A stretch of DNA of 64,000 nucleotides from Patescibacteria group bacterium (GCA_049322215.1 JBMORU010000001.1:644023-708022), one strand, 5' to 3'. Positions 50,358 through 60,549 are shown, numbered from the stretch's first letter. The notes: generated by a model from the sequence alone, not told the origin. Made by a program: numbers and translations.

Positions 50358-52469
50358 ATGGTTATATGTCACCGATGCGGACAAAGACCCGCAGTAATTT
50401 CCACTAATAGAATAATTGATGGGCGACAAGTTTATGTTGCTTTATGTGAGGTTTGTTATAAAGATGTACAAAAAGAAACATCATCTTCATCGTCTGTTTT
50501 AGATAAGTTTGGGCAAGAGCTTACTGAAATGGCAAAAGAAGGTAAGTTAGACCCTGTTATTGGCAGAAAAGAAGAAATCGAACGTGTAATACATATTTTA
50601 TCCCGTAGAACAAAAAATAATCCTGTTTTAATAGGTGAACCCGGAGTAGGAAAAACCGCCATAGTTGAAGGTTTAGCTCAAAGAATAGTAAACGGGCAAG
50701 TTCCTGAGCCTTTAAGAAGCAAAAGAGTGTTTTCTTTAGATTTAGCCTCGGTTTTAGCAGGAACTTCTCATAGAGGCCAGTTTGAAGGCCGTTTAAAAGA
50801 TATAGTAAAAGAAGTAGTAAAGGCTGAAGGCCAAATAATTTTATTTTTAGATGAATTGCACACCGTTGTGGGAGCAGGTGCTGCAGAAGGTGCTATAGAT
50901 GCTGCAAACATGTTAAAACCTGCATTAGCTCGAGGTGAATTGCAAATGGTTGGTGCAACAACATTAGATGAATATAGAAAGCATATAGAAAAAGATGCCG
51001 CCTTAGAAAGAAGATTTCAGCCAATTTTAGTAAAAGAGCCTTCTACAGAAGAAACTTTAGAAATAATAGAAGGTTTACGTGAAAGCTACGAACACCACCA
51101 TCAAGTAAAAATAACAGATGATGCAATTCATGCAGCAGTTTATATGTCTGATCGTTATATAAGCGATAGATTTTTGCCTGATAAAGCCATTGACTTAATA
51201 GACGAGGCATCGGCTTTAGTGAGATTAACGCAAGTAAAAGAACCAGACAATTTAAAGTCTGTAGAAGACAATTTAAAAAAACTTAAAGCTAAGAGTAGGA
51301 AAAATCTTGAGGAAGAAGAGTACGAAAGTGTTAAAAAAGAAATTGACGAATTAGAAAAGGTTAAAGAAGAACTTGTAAGCATTTGGACTAAAACTAAACT
51401 TGAGGAAATACCTGATGTAACAAGAGCAGCCGTAGTTAAAGTAGTTTCAAGGTCTACTGGTATTCCATTAGAAGAGTTAAGCATAGAAGAAAAAGAACGT
51501 TTACTACACATGGAAGAGAAACTACATCAACGCATAATAGGCCAAGCAGATGCTGTAAAAACTGTAAGTGAAGCTATTCGTCGCGCACGTGCTGGTCTTA
51601 AAGACCCTAAAAGACCTATTGGATCCTTTTTATTTTTAGGTCCAACCGGTGTAGGAAAAACTGAGCTTTCAAAGGCTTTATCAGAAGTTTTGTATGGTAA
51701 TGAGGATTTAATAGTTAGATTAGATATGAGTGAGTACATGGAAAAACACACTGTAAGTAAAATGATTGGGGCGCCTCCAGGATATATAGGTCATGATAGT
51801 GGGGGTCAACTAACCGAAACAGTCCGCAGAAAGCCATTTTCAATAATATTGTTAGATGAAGTAGAAAAAGCTCACCCTGATGTGTTTAACTCATTATTGC
51901 AAATAATGGAAGATGGTAGATTAACAGATAGTAAAGGTAGAACCGTTGATTTCAAAAATACTATATTAATAATGACATCTAATATTGGTTCTGAATTGCT
52001 TTACAAAGAGGATATTGGTTTTGGTGCTTCTGAGTCTAAAAGAGATGCTTCAAGACAAAGACACCTTGTAGACTTTGAGAAAAGAATTCAAAAAATTCTA
52101 AAAGATAAGTTTAAACCAGAATTTTTAAACAGACTTGACGAAATAGTAGTCTTCCATAGTTTAACAAAAGACGACATTGAAAAAATAGTTGATTTACAAC
52201 TTGCTAAAACACAAGTGTTATTAGAAGAACATAATGTGAAAATGTTTGTAGATGATAAAGCAAAAAAATATTTATTAGATAAGGGTTTTGATCATGATTA
52301 TGGCGCCAGACCATTAAGAAGACTAATTCAACGTGAAATAGAAAATGTTTTATCAAGCAGATTAATTGCAGGAGAAATACTACAAGGTGATTATGTTGAT
52401 ATAACTTTAGGTTCTGATAATAGGTTAGATATTAGTGTAAAAGCTAAAGTAGAGAGTGTTGTTGATTAA
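50358..52469 (+). CDS. Clp ATPase (ClpC/ClpE-like) with N-terminal CxxC-CxxC zinc finger
   Basis: [19 protein letters not shown] loop; CHRC..CEVC in place of Clp-N repeats. Confidence 0.93.
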   Translation: MVICHRCGQRPAVISTNRIIDGRQVYVALCEVCYKDVQKETSSSSSVLDKFGQELTEMAKEGKLDPVIGRKEEIERVIHILSRRTKNNPVLIGEPGVGKTAIVEGLAQRIVNGQVPEPLRSKRVFSLDLASVLAGTSHRGQFEGRLKDIVKEVVKAEGQIILFLDELHTVVGAGAAEGAIDAANMLKPALARGELQMVGATTLDEYRKHIEKDAALERRFQPILVKEPSTEETLEIIEGLRESYEHHHQVKITDDAIHAAVYMSDRYISDRFLPDKAIDLIDEASALVRLTQVKEPDNLKSVEDNLKKLKAKSRKNLEEEEYESVKKEIDELEKVKEELVSIWTKTKLEEIPDVTRAAVVKVVSRSTGIPLEELSIEEKERLLHMEEKLHQRIIGQADAVKTVSEAIRRARAGLKDPKRPIGSFLFLGPTGVGKTELSKALSEVLYGNEDLIVRLDMSEYMEKHTVSKMIGAPPGYIGHDSGGQLTETVRRKPFSIILLDEVEKAHPDVFNSLLQIMEDGRLTDSKGRTVDFKNTILIMTSNIGSELLYKEDIGFGASESKRDASRQRHLVDFEKRIQKILKDKFKPEFLNRLDEIVVFHSLTKDDIEKIVDLQLAKTQVLLEEHNVKMFVDDKAKKYLLDKGFDHDYGARPLRRLIQREIENVLSSRLIAGEILQGDYVDITLGSDNRLDISVKAKVESVVD

Positions 52470-52524
52470 TCTTGCATTATATTCATATTTTTGTTAATCT
52501 CATCACGCTAGAAAGTGATTTTAT

Positions 52525-52881
52525 ATGGCTGAAGAAGTAAAACAAACAACTGAAGACCAAGCAACGCCTGAAATGCCTGATTTTAGAGTAGGTGACACTG
52601 TTCGTGTGCATTACAGAATAGTGGAAGGTGATAAAACAAGAATTCAGCCCTATGAAGGTATTGTTATATCAAAAAAGGGCGAAGGCTTGTCAAAAACTTT
52701 CATGGTAAGAAAAATTGGCGCCGATAATATTGGTGTTGAAAGAATATTCCCACTATTTTCTCCAAATATTACTAAGCTTGATGTAGTAAAGCATGGTAAA
52801 GTACGTAGAGCAAAACTATATTACTTAAGAGCTAAAAAGGGTCGTGCTGCTACACGTATTAAAGAACGTAAAGTTTCCTAA
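52525..52881 (+). CDS. rplS: 50S ribosomal protein L19
   Basis: FRVGDTVRV...GVERIFP...[10 protein letters not shown]. Confidence 0.98.
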   Translation: MAEEVKQTTEDQATPEMPDFRVGDTVRVHYRIVEGDKTRIQPYEGIVISKKGEGLSKTFMVRKIGADNIGVERIFPLFSPNITKLDVVKHGKVRRAKLYYLRAKKGRAATRIKERKVS

Positions 52882-52939
52882 TAAAGAACTGTAAAAAATA
52901 ACCGCAGCTTAAAGATTAACTTCAAACTACGGTTTGTGT

Positions 52940-53560
52940 TTATTTATGTTGCTCAAGTTTCTGTGTCACAGCTGTTTGAATTGCTTTTTGAATTTGTGGA
53001 ATGGTATTTGTTGCATCAATTTTTACCCAAAAACCTTTTTCTTCTTTGCACAGTTTCAAGTAGCCATTGCGTACTTTTCGGTGAAATTCAATGTCTTCCG
53101 CCTCAAGTCTGTTTACTTCATTTTGACCATGTTTTCTGCTTAAACCAGCTTCTACAGGTAAATCAAGCAAAATGACTAAATCTGGTGTAAACCTTCCAAC
53201 TACTAAACGAGCTAGCGTTTTAAGTACTGTAAGGCGAATGCCTCTTGCATATCCTTGGTATGCCAGAGTAGACCAAAAACTCCTATCCATTAGCACAACT
53301 TTTTTTCTCTTTACAGCAGGTTCAATTATTTCCGAAATTAGCTGTGATCTCGCAGCAAAGAAAAGCAAAGTTTCTGTTAATGGACTTAGCGTTATGTTCT
53401 CAAGATTTAGCAGCATGTTTCTAATAATTTCACCTGCCATTGTTCCACCCGGCTCTCTTACAACAATAACCTCGTATCCAGATTCTTTTAAGAACTTCTC
53501 AAGCAGTCTCAGCTGTGTGCCTTTTCCGCCTCCTTCTGGTCCTTCAAATGCAATTATCAT
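52940..53560 (-). CDS. tmk: Thymidylate kinase
   Basis: FEGPEGGGKGTQ, REPGGT, DR...ST.AYQG..RG, PDL. Confidence 0.96.
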   Translation of the reverse strand: MIIAFEGPEGGGKGTQLRLLEKFLKESGYEVIVVREPGGTMAGEIIRNMLLNLENITLSPLTETLLFFAARSQLISEIIEPAVKRKKVVLMDRSFWSTLAYQGYARGIRLTVLKTLARLVVGRFTPDLVILLDLPVEAGLSRKHGQNEVNRLEAEDIEFHRKVRNGYLKLCKEEKGFWVKIDATNTIPQIQKAIQTAVTQKLEQHK

Positions 53561-53641
53561 GATTCTCTCCTTTGGGTTTGGTTTGCAAGTGTACTTATTT
53601 TATATATTAAATTGTTAAACTTGTTAACTATTTTAAATACA

Positions 53642-53676
53642 AAAAAAGAGCCGGTATTATACCGGCTCTTTCTTTT
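53642..53676. terminator. Bidirectional terminator
   Basis: AAAGAGCCGGTA/TACCGGCTCTTT with A and T tracts. Confidence 0.8.
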
Positions 53677-53688
53677 CGGTCTGTTTTG

Positions 53689-54360
53689 TTAGTACTTACC
53701 AAAACCTGGACCCGAAGGGCTTATGTAAGTGGCACCTTCACCACTTTCTACTTCTTGAATTGTTGCAAATTCGCCCCAAATTTCAGGACCAATTTCTTTG
53801 CCATTTTCATCGTACCAAACATTATCTGTTTCTGTGGCTGTTGTAGGTACTGCTACTATTTTTGTGAAGTATGTCCAATTTTCTCCGTCTTCACTTCCCT
53901 TCATGTGGTTAGTTAGCCAGGCACCCGAGCCTAGATATTGATCATAACCGTAATGTCTGTCTAGAGCACCATCTCCATCACAGTCTGTTTTAGCTATCCA
54001 GGCATCGTTCCACTTCATGCTTAAGTGCACGTCTCTATATGGCCAGTACCATTTAGAAGCTGCTGATGGATTTTCAGCCAAATAAGCATCGGTATCTCCC
54101 ATGTATGGAGGTAGCCCATCTCTTCCTAAATAAGTATTTGCATAAGACCCATCAAACTTCAGTCCTTGATAATTGTATCCATATGCATCTACTCCTGTTT
54201 GCAAAGGTTCACCAGCTAAATAGTGTCCTGCCGAATAAGTAAGTATTCCATCTTGAATGGTTGTACATTCAGATTTTGGGTTTCCTTTGGCTAATCCGTT
54301 TAGGCTGGTTCCCATAGTAATCAAGCCCATAATTAATAATCCTACTATTATTTTTTGCAT
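53689..54360 (-). CDS. Secreted hypothetical protein (Tyr/Gly/Trp-rich, DCDGDG Ca-binding-like loop)
   Basis: Signal peptide; GAGGGGGTG RBS. Confidence 0.7.
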   Translation of the reverse strand: MQKIIVGLLIMGLITMGTSLNGLAKGNPKSECTTIQDGILTYSAGHYLAGEPLQTGVDAYGYNYQGLKFDGSYANTYLGRDGLPPYMGDTDAYLAENPSAASKWYWPYRDVHLSMKWNDAWIAKTDCDGDGALDRHYGYDQYLGSGAWLTNHMKGSEDGENWTYFTKIVAVPTTATETDNVWYDENGKEIGPEIWGEFATIQEVESGEGATYISPSGPGFGKY

Positions 54361-54488
54361 TTTTTTCACCCCCTCAATTAAAACCAAAAAAGACCTCAGC
54401 TGAGGTCTTGTAGTTAATTTTTATACATTAGTTAGAATCACTATCTAATATACTAAATTAGTATCTTATAGTTGTAAAGTTTTGCGGC

Positions 54489-54535
54489 AAAAAAATAGTG
54501 TAATACTTTTGAGGTGTTTCAAGAGTATTACACTA
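54489..54535 (-). terminator. Intrinsic terminator of the NADAR operon
   Basis: TAGTGTAATACT/AGTATTACACTA stem plus U7 on minus strand. Confidence 0.75.
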
Positions 54536-54544
54536 AGTTATGAG

Positions 54545-54748
54545 TTAAAGTTTTTTGATTTTATATTCGGCTTCGTTTCCGGGTAATCCAAATGAGCGTG
54601 CCGTAGCCAAAAGATTAGCGATAGCATCAGTTATACAGCTGCCTGCGTCGTGAAGCGTTGGCCGTCCTTGCAGTTTTGCACGCCAGCAACCGGCTTTTCC
54701 ATCCTTGTTGCCTTTTTCGTCCCAGTAAACTTCAATTACATTTTGCAT
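54545..54748 (-). CDS. Small HicB-like protein
   Basis: WRAKLQGRPTL..AGSCITDAIANL resembles the HicB N-domain; GGAGG RBS. Confidence 0.5.
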   Translation of the reverse strand: MQNVIEVYWDEKGNKDGKAGCWRAKLQGRPTLHDAGSCITDAIANLLATARSFGLPGNEAEYKIKKL

Positions 54749-55208
54749 TTTTTTCCTCCGTTTGTAAGCGCATGCGTATTTTTGTTAAGCGAGATACGAA
54801 TTCCCGTTTCGTAAGTACGGTGTCACGTGGGTCGCTTTTGCCGATTGTGTGTTTGAGTACGGCATTTCCTGTAGCTAGCAGTGCTCTTTTAAATCCTTCA
54901 TTTTCTGCCAGTGCTTCAAATGCCCGGTCTAAAAGTTGTTGATATTCGGGGCCGTGCCGATCAAACTCTTTGCCGTTCCACCACAATTTTTGTTGTGACT
55001 TCCAGCGCTTGTTTCGGTTTTTTCCTCGGTTTTTTGCTTTTCTTCCTACAAGTTTACAAATCTCACGCTGAATGTGAATTTTGTCAGACTTGAAAGCTTG
55101 CAACAACCCTTCCATACTTGCACACTCAATTCCATCAAAAGTGAATGGGTGAGGGGCAAAGTTCGAAAGTGCGCTTGAGGGCCAACCACGTCCGGATCCT
55201 ATGTCCAT
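54732..55208 (-). CDS. T4 gp30.3-like NADAR family protein
   Basis: SALSNFAPHPF..DG..CASMEGLLQA.K, F..ALLATG, L.H.IG..D...TVLT..EF. Confidence 0.85.
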   Translation of the reverse strand: MDIGSGRGWPSSALSNFAPHPFTFDGIECASMEGLLQAFKSDKIHIQREICKLVGRKAKNRGKNRNKRWKSQQKLWWNGKEFDRHGPEYQQLLDRAFEALAENEGFKRALLATGNAVLKHTIGKSDPRDTVLTKREFVSRLTKIRMRLQTEEKNAKCN

Positions 55209-55292
55209 GATGCACCTCCATTTATTTTAAGATGGTTACTATTATACTAAGAAATGACCCTCGTGTAAACACTATGGGGTATGCAGATTGTC

Positions 55293-55628
55293 TTACTTCA
55301 AAATATCCCAGCCCGAAATATTGGGTCTGTTTTTAAATTCTTCTGGGATTTCATTTTCAAATTCAATTTCAAATCTTACGCTATCTTTTGTCCATTTTAC
55401 TTCAAAGTAAATATTTTCAATTTCGCCAAGTTTACATTTTGAAGAAAATCTAACAATTGTGCCAGAAACAGGAGTAGGATATGGTTTTTCTCTAATTTCT
55501 TTTGATTCGTCAATTCGTACTCTTTTTTCACCGTCATATGTATCTTTTACATAAGAGGTGTCTAAATACTCCAACTTTTTGCTTAGCTCAAAGGCTTCTT
55601 CGTGTGTAAGTAATATTCTATGTTCCAT
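55293..55628 (-). CDS. Small CYTH-like protein
   Basis: MEHR, DTY, RVR, FEIEF in the order of the CYTH motifs. Confidence 0.45.
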   Translation of the reverse strand: MEHRILLTHEEAFELSKKLEYLDTSYVKDTYDGEKRVRIDESKEIREKPYPTPVSGTIVRFSSKCKLGEIENIYFEVKWTKDSVRFEIEFENEIPEEFKNRPNISGWDILK

Positions 55629-55666
55629 ACAAGAAAATTCTAGCACAGTAAGTTATACTTTAAGTA

Positions 55667-56149
55667 ATGAAAATTCTTGCTGTAGTTATTGTTTTACTTT
55701 TAACTTTTGGCCTATTCACTTATTTTTTTAAGCAAACAGCAGAAGCTCCTACTTTACCTATGAATAATGAAACTGTAGTTGATGAAGAAGCTGAAGTAAT
55801 TCCGCAAGATGCTCAAAATTACCCTTATAAAGCAACCTTTACTATATACACTAATGGTTTAGAGCGTACTTTTAGTAATGCAATGTACTTAAACCAGAAT
55901 GACGTTGTTTATATTGATTCTGTAAACAGCAAAGAAGTAATAGTTACAGAACCAAATGTTACCTGGCAGATGTTTTTTGACACATTACCTTTTTCGCTAA
56001 AAAAAGATTGTTTAGTAACCGGACTAGGTGAAACTTTTTGTAACGGAGATGGGGGAAACTTAATTTTTATATTAAACAGCAAGGAGACCCCAAATGCGCT
56101 TGAACTTGCAATTGAAGAAGGCGCCATACTAGAAGTACGTTTTGAATAA
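55667..56149 (+). CDS. Exported hypothetical protein
   Basis: Signal anchor; TATACT-N6-ATG. Confidence 0.7.
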   Translation: MKILAVVIVLLLTFGLFTYFFKQTAEAPTLPMNNETVVDEEAEVIPQDAQNYPYKATFTIYTNGLERTFSNAMYLNQNDVVYIDSVNSKEVIVTEPNVTWQMFFDTLPFSLKKDCLVTGLGETFCNGDGGNLIFILNSKETPNALELAIEEGAILEVRFE

Positions 56150-56184
56150 ACAAGAAAAAAGTTTGTTAAAAACCCGTTATGCTT

Positions 56185-56685
56185 TTAGTTGGTGCTAAAT
56201 ACGTGTTCTGAAGGATTTGTATAGAGCTTATGGTGATCGTAGGCTACAGTTATTTCTAGTGTAGTGGAGTTAGGCAAATCACCTTTTTCTGGTGTTTCTT
56301 TTTCGTTAATTCCTAAGTCTAAATTTACAGTTACCGGAACTTCAGTATCTTCGTTATGTGGTCCATCTGTATAGAAAGTATTCCATTGTTCACAATGTCC
56401 TGTTGCAGTTAAAGTTCTTTCGTATCCCTTTGAATGCGCTCTTACCTGCCATTGTGATCCAGTCTCTGCGTTTTCGTAAATCACTATTCCTCCTGGTATA
56501 ACGTCGGTTACTTCAGATGTCATTAAGTCATTAGCATATTCTTGTGCTTTTGCAATATCTTCCGGGGAGGCTTCGTTATCTTTAGTTAATTCTGGTTGAA
56601 TAAGATTATCAGCTACATTTTTAAACTCGGTTATCATTTTTTCGCAAGCTTGTACTTCGTTGAGGTTTAATAGTTCATCTTTCAT
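56185..56685 (-). CDS. Hypothetical protein
   Basis: 166 aa; TGC-TAGCAT-N6-ATG. Confidence 0.65.
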   Translation of the reverse strand: MKDELLNLNEVQACEKMITEFKNVADNLIQPELTKDNEASPEDIAKAQEYANDLMTSEVTDVIPGGIVIYENAETGSQWQVRAHSKGYERTLTATGHCEQWNTFYTDGPHNEDTEVPVTVNLDLGINEKETPEKGDLPNSTTLEITVAYDHHKLYTNPSEHVFSTN

Positions 56686-56829
56686 TGTTTTATGCTAGCA
56701 CTTCCGCATATATATTAGCAATATATTGGTTTGTTTGGTGAAGTAGTTGGGTTATTGCAATTGTGGTTAAGCACTAATAGTTAAGGGTTTGCAGCTGACG
56801 AATTCGTACAAAAAATATATCAGAGTAGT

Positions 56830-57687
56830 TTAAGCTACAGTTAAATACACTCCTGCAATTACTAAACATGCGGCTATAACTTTTTTAAGTCTATCTTCTC
56901 TTTCGTTTAAGAAAATATATGCAGTTAACACATTTAAAAGTACCGCAGTTGCTTGTAAAGGAACAATTGTAGTTACTTCTCCGAATCTAAATGCTCTTAA
57001 TAAAAACAAAATGGCTAAACCCCAAGTGATTCCAGTTATAATGTAAAACTTTTTTGATGCAGAATTGTATTCTGCCTTAACTTCTTTCATGCTGATTTTT
57101 TCGCCGAAGTAAAGCATAACTGCAGGAATTATTAGAGTTAGCATAATATAAAAAGGTAAGTTGAAAACTTTTGATATACCTATATCGACAGAAATAGCAA
57201 CGGAAAATACTAACGTAGCACAAACGGCTACCCAAATATTTGGATCAATTTTTACACTTCCTCGTTTATAAACTAACAAAAAGTTAGCAGCTAATATTAA
57301 CAGTGCTCCTACTATTTTATTTATTGCAAAAGTTTCGTTGAATACTGTTAGCCCAATAGCTATTAAAAAAACTGTAGATAACTGATTAACAATTGAAAAT
57401 GTTGATACGGGTAAGTGTTTTCTAGCTGTAGTTTGAAGTCTATCGTTTAGCGCATAAAAAACACAAGCAACAATAAGGAGTAACCAGTATTTTGGATCAG
57501 ATGGTATAGCTAATGAAAATAGGGGAGCAAGTAATAGTATGCTTCCTCCTGCAATTAATTGTAGTAAAACTGTAGCAGCGCCATCTCTTTTTGCATTCTT
57601 TACAGCAAGTTTGTAGTGTTGAAAAAATAAAACAATAAAAAAAAGGTATCCAATTAAGTTAAATTGCCATGTGCTAATTATTTCCAT
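56830..57687 (-). CDS. EamA/DMT family transporter
   Basis: 10 TMs, duplicated EamA halves (F.NE....K..GA.LI). Confidence 0.9.
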   Translation of the reverse strand: MEIISTWQFNLIGYLFFIVLFFQHYKLAVKNAKRDGAATVLLQLIAGGSILLLAPLFSLAIPSDPKYWLLLIVACVFYALNDRLQTTARKHLPVSTFSIVNQLSTVFLIAIGLTVFNETFAINKIVGALLILAANFLLVYKRGSVKIDPNIWVAVCATLVFSVAISVDIGISKVFNLPFYIMLTLIIPAVMLYFGEKISMKEVKAEYNSASKKFYIITGITWGLAILFLLRAFRFGEVTTIVPLQATAVLLNVLTAYIFLNEREDRLKKVIAACLVIAGVYLTVA

Positions 57688-57817
57688 TATAGAAAGATTA
57701 TAACTTACATTGGTTTATTTACTATTCTTATGTGTCTGTTGCAACTATGGGTTGTTGTGCTGACTTTAGTGCTATATAATTTGCAAAGCTAAAAACATAT
57801 TCAAAAGGAGAGTAGTA

Positions 57818-58069
57818 ATGGTTCAAGTGTACAAATACCCAAATCTTGCAGAACGGGATAAAGATACCAAATCCAATGGTACTTACTTAGGTACTGCAAA
57901 CGATCCGCATGAACTTGTGCGTGTTTTAAACATAGAGCGCTCAAAGCAGCCTGTTAATTACTTTGATGGTGATAAGGCACTAAACATGGATGAAGCTCTT
58001 GAGCTGTTGGGTGCTTACTGGGATGAACTTGATGGGTTTTGGTATTACAGAGGAAGTATTGTTTGTTAA
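57818..58069 (+). CDS. Hypothetical protein
   Basis: AAGGAG RBS, TATAAT upstream, terminator downstream. Confidence 0.6.
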   Translation: MVQVYKYPNLAERDKDTKSNGTYLGTANDPHELVRVLNIERSKQPVNYFDGDKALNMDEALELLGAYWDELDGFWYYRGSIVC

Positions 58070-58083
58070 GCTTTTAAAGTAAG

Positions 58084-58133
58084 AATGCAGGATCTTTTCG
58101 GTGTTAAAATTTGAAAAGATCCTGCATTTTTTT
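58084..58133 (+). terminator. Terminator between convergent genes
   Basis: AATGCAGGATCTTTTC/GAAAAGATCCTGCATT plus T-tract. Confidence 0.8.
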
Positions 58134-58139
58134 GATTTG

Positions 58140-58628
58140 TTACGGGCAGTATTGCAGGTGTTCCCAGTTTAGCCAGTCGGTATAGGTGTCAAGTAATACC
58201 ACTTCTCCGTTCACTTTCTCAATAGTTCCTTCGTTTGGTAGACCCTTTCGTCTGGAATCGGGTACTAAGCAAACCGTTGCTCCTTCATGAAAGGGGTTGC
58301 CCATAAGCCAGTCATCAGTAAGCCTAATTTCTACGGGGTTTTCGGGATACTCAAACCAGACAAACGATAGGATCTCTACAGAGTTGTCGGTATATCGCAC
58401 TCGTACTAAGCGGTTTGTAATATCGAGCACCTTTGCACCGCGCTGTGCTACTTCAATTTCTTTCTGGCTGTGTGTAACGTCAAAATCGGGGCCGGGGTAA
58501 ACTACTTGGCCAATGTAGAAAGGGTTTACCTGAACTTCTTCAACTACAGGCTCATCCTGGTTTTCACATGCTGCTAAACTGGAAACAAGCAAAGCCATTA
58601 AAACTAAAATCAAACGTTTTACGTTCAT
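58140..58628 (-). CDS. Predicted lipoprotein with two SH3/KOW-like repeats
   Basis: LAAC lipobox; NPFYIGQVV / NPFHEGATV repeats. Confidence 0.65.
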   Translation of the reverse strand: MNVKRLILVLMALLVSSLAACENQDEPVVEEVQVNPFYIGQVVYPGPDFDVTHSQKEIEVAQRGAKVLDITNRLVRVRYTDNSVEILSFVWFEYPENPVEIRLTDDWLMGNPFHEGATVCLVPDSRRKGLPNEGTIEKVNGEVVLLDTYTDWLNWEHLQYCP

Positions 58629-58719
58629 TTTTCCTCCAAGGGTTGTTTTGTTTGATTATTCTGGGGTTTATTATACGTTTAAAATAATAGGTAGTCAAAC
58701 TATAGGCTATATGTCAAAT

Positions 58720-58877
58720 TTACATTTTAGCAGCAAATTCGGTGAATTTTTTTTTGTATTTAAATTCCAGCAGTTTAGAAGTTTCAAGTGGCATAAACCA
58801 AGCATATTCAGCTGGTTTTTAAGTTTTTCCTTATTAGTTATTAGTGCTTTTATACATAGATAAAACTTGTATTCCAT
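58720..58877 (-). pseudogene. Internally deleted NUDIX-like remnant
   Basis: MEYKFYLCIKALITNKEK joined out of frame to EYAWFMPLETSKLLEF. Confidence 0.4.
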
Positions 58878-58878
58878 A

Positions 58879-59568
58879 TTATTTGCTGGCTAAAACTTCA
58901 ATTAAATGATCTAAACGTGGTGATGCTTTGGTACGCATAAAGTCAACATATAATCTTTCTTGATATTCCTTTATGTAATCAATTGTAAATCCAGCCTTTT
59001 CAAGGTGCTCTTTTATAGTTTTGGGTGAATGAAAGTACCTAATACCCCATGCTTCTATTTCTCCTTTATTGTTTCGATAAGGTACTTTAGTTATTTTAGT
59101 TACAGGGTCATAATTGTTTCTTTTTTCATCGGTATCTATATTTTTTTCTGATCTAACTACTACAAAAAATTTTCCTTGGTCTTGCAATGAATTGTAAAAG
59201 CTTGATAAAACTTTATCTAGGTCTTGCGCTTTTAGGTAGTGTAAAACAAGTCTTGCGTATATAAAGTCAAACTGGTCTTTTTTGTATGGAAATTCTTTTG
59301 TTAGATCTTCTAGCTTAGCTTTTATTTGGTTATCAAGATTTAGTTTTTTAATATTTTCTTTTGCAACAGCCAAACCTTTTTCATCTATAGTTGTGGCAAT
59401 TACCTTTCTATCCGGGTTTTCTACAACCATTCTAATTTCAGCAAATCCGCCGGTGCTTATACCTGGGCTAAATATACTTTTGTAAGTGTTTGTAATTAAA
59501 CTTAGTCCGTTTTCTTCACTTTCTGAAGGTTTCGATCCAAGTTGTGTTAATGTTTCTTCGATATTCAT
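58879..59568 (-). CDS. Class I SAM-dependent methyltransferase
   Basis: FSPGISTG, FDFIYARLVLHYL, L...GKFFV, LEKAGF. Confidence 0.85.
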   Translation of the reverse strand: MNIEETLTQLGSKPSESEENGLSLITNTYKSIFSPGISTGGFAEIRMVVENPDRKVIATTIDEKGLAVAKENIKKLNLDNQIKAKLEDLTKEFPYKKDQFDFIYARLVLHYLKAQDLDKVLSSFYNSLQDQGKFFVVVRSEKNIDTDEKRNNYDPVTKITKVPYRNNKGEIEAWGIRYFHSPKTIKEHLEKAGFTIDYIKEYQERLYVDFMRTKASPRLDHLIEVLASK

Positions 59569-59625
59569 AGAAGGATTATAGCATTGGTAAATTATGTCGT
59601 TGTATTTTGATCTCAAGTTTTTCAG

Positions 59626-60501
59626 CTATGCACTGTAACTCATTATCAATGCTTGGCCTCTTTCAAAATCTAAAGTGTAATCTAATCTTTTATAATCAAG
59701 TTCACTTATTTTACCTGCTCTTAAAAAACTCTTAGCTAGGTTCATATATTCCTCTTTATTTCTCAAGGCAAATGACTCAAGAGTCTTTACTCCAAAGCTA
59801 AAACCTTGGGGTATTTCTTTTGATATAACACGCGCTGAAGCTAGTGCAATACATGCGAATTCTTCTAAATTGTTTGGTCTTTCTCCAAACCTTGGAAACA
59901 AAACCGTAGCTGAATAGACTTTTTTTCTTTTAGCCACAACTAAGGGTGTTGAGGTCCAACCTTGAATAAAACCAGTTTTCATTGTTTTATAAAGTGCATC
60001 ACTTATTCCGCTTTTTTTACCCTGTAATTCTGGTTTTAGTACTACCCCCACAAACTTATATAGCTTTTTACCTTCTAAAAATGAATTAAGTTTACTAAAG
60101 TAAGTTTCAACTGAATTAGTATCAATAACTTCCAAGCTTACTAATTGTTTCCAATAAGTGGAATTTTTGTTTTCTCTCAAATTATTCAGAATATTTTGAA
60201 ATTCGCTACTATCTAAATTATTTAAATCTTCTGCTACATATTCAAGTAAGCCCACGGGCAAGTTATTGTCTAAAGCTATGAAAACTTCTGCGTTTTTGTC
60301 AGATTCAACAGTAGCATCAATATCTACTCTATATTTTTCTGGATTTTTAAAAAAGTCTGATGAAATTATATGCTCTGAAGACCATCCTTTATTTTTTTCA
60401 ATAATAGGTATTACATATTTTTTGAGTAATTCTAGGTTACGTGTATCGAACACTATTTGACCTAAATTGTTTCTGTTGAAGATGACTTTTTTTATTTCCA
60501 C
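59626..60501 (-). CDS. Hypothetical GNAT-like protein
   Basis: VFIALD...VG and VVLKPELQGK.SG.S.AL (motif A-like); GTG start after TGT-TATAAT-N6. Confidence 0.55.
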   Translation of the reverse strand: MEIKKVIFNRNNLGQIVFDTRNLELLKKYVIPIIEKNKGWSSEHIISSDFFKNPEKYRVDIDATVESDKNAEVFIALDNNLPVGLLEYVAEDLNNLDSSEFQNILNNLRENKNSTYWKQLVSLEVIDTNSVETYFSKLNSFLEGKKLYKFVGVVLKPELQGKKSGISDALYKTMKTGFIQGWTSTPLVVAKRKKVYSATVLFPRFGERPNNLEEFACIALASARVISKEIPQGFSFGVKTLESFALRNKEEYMNLAKSFLRAGKISELDYKRLDYTLDFERGQALIMSYSA

Positions 60502-60549
60502 AGCAGAATTATAACAAAAGGGGTAAGAATTATCCCCGCTATTTCTTGT

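Noticed and set aside
52934-53916. Plus-strand ORFs opposite tmk and the secreted protein, and similar antisense ORFs throughout the window
   Set aside because: Antisense shadows of well-supported genes, with no motifs or start signals
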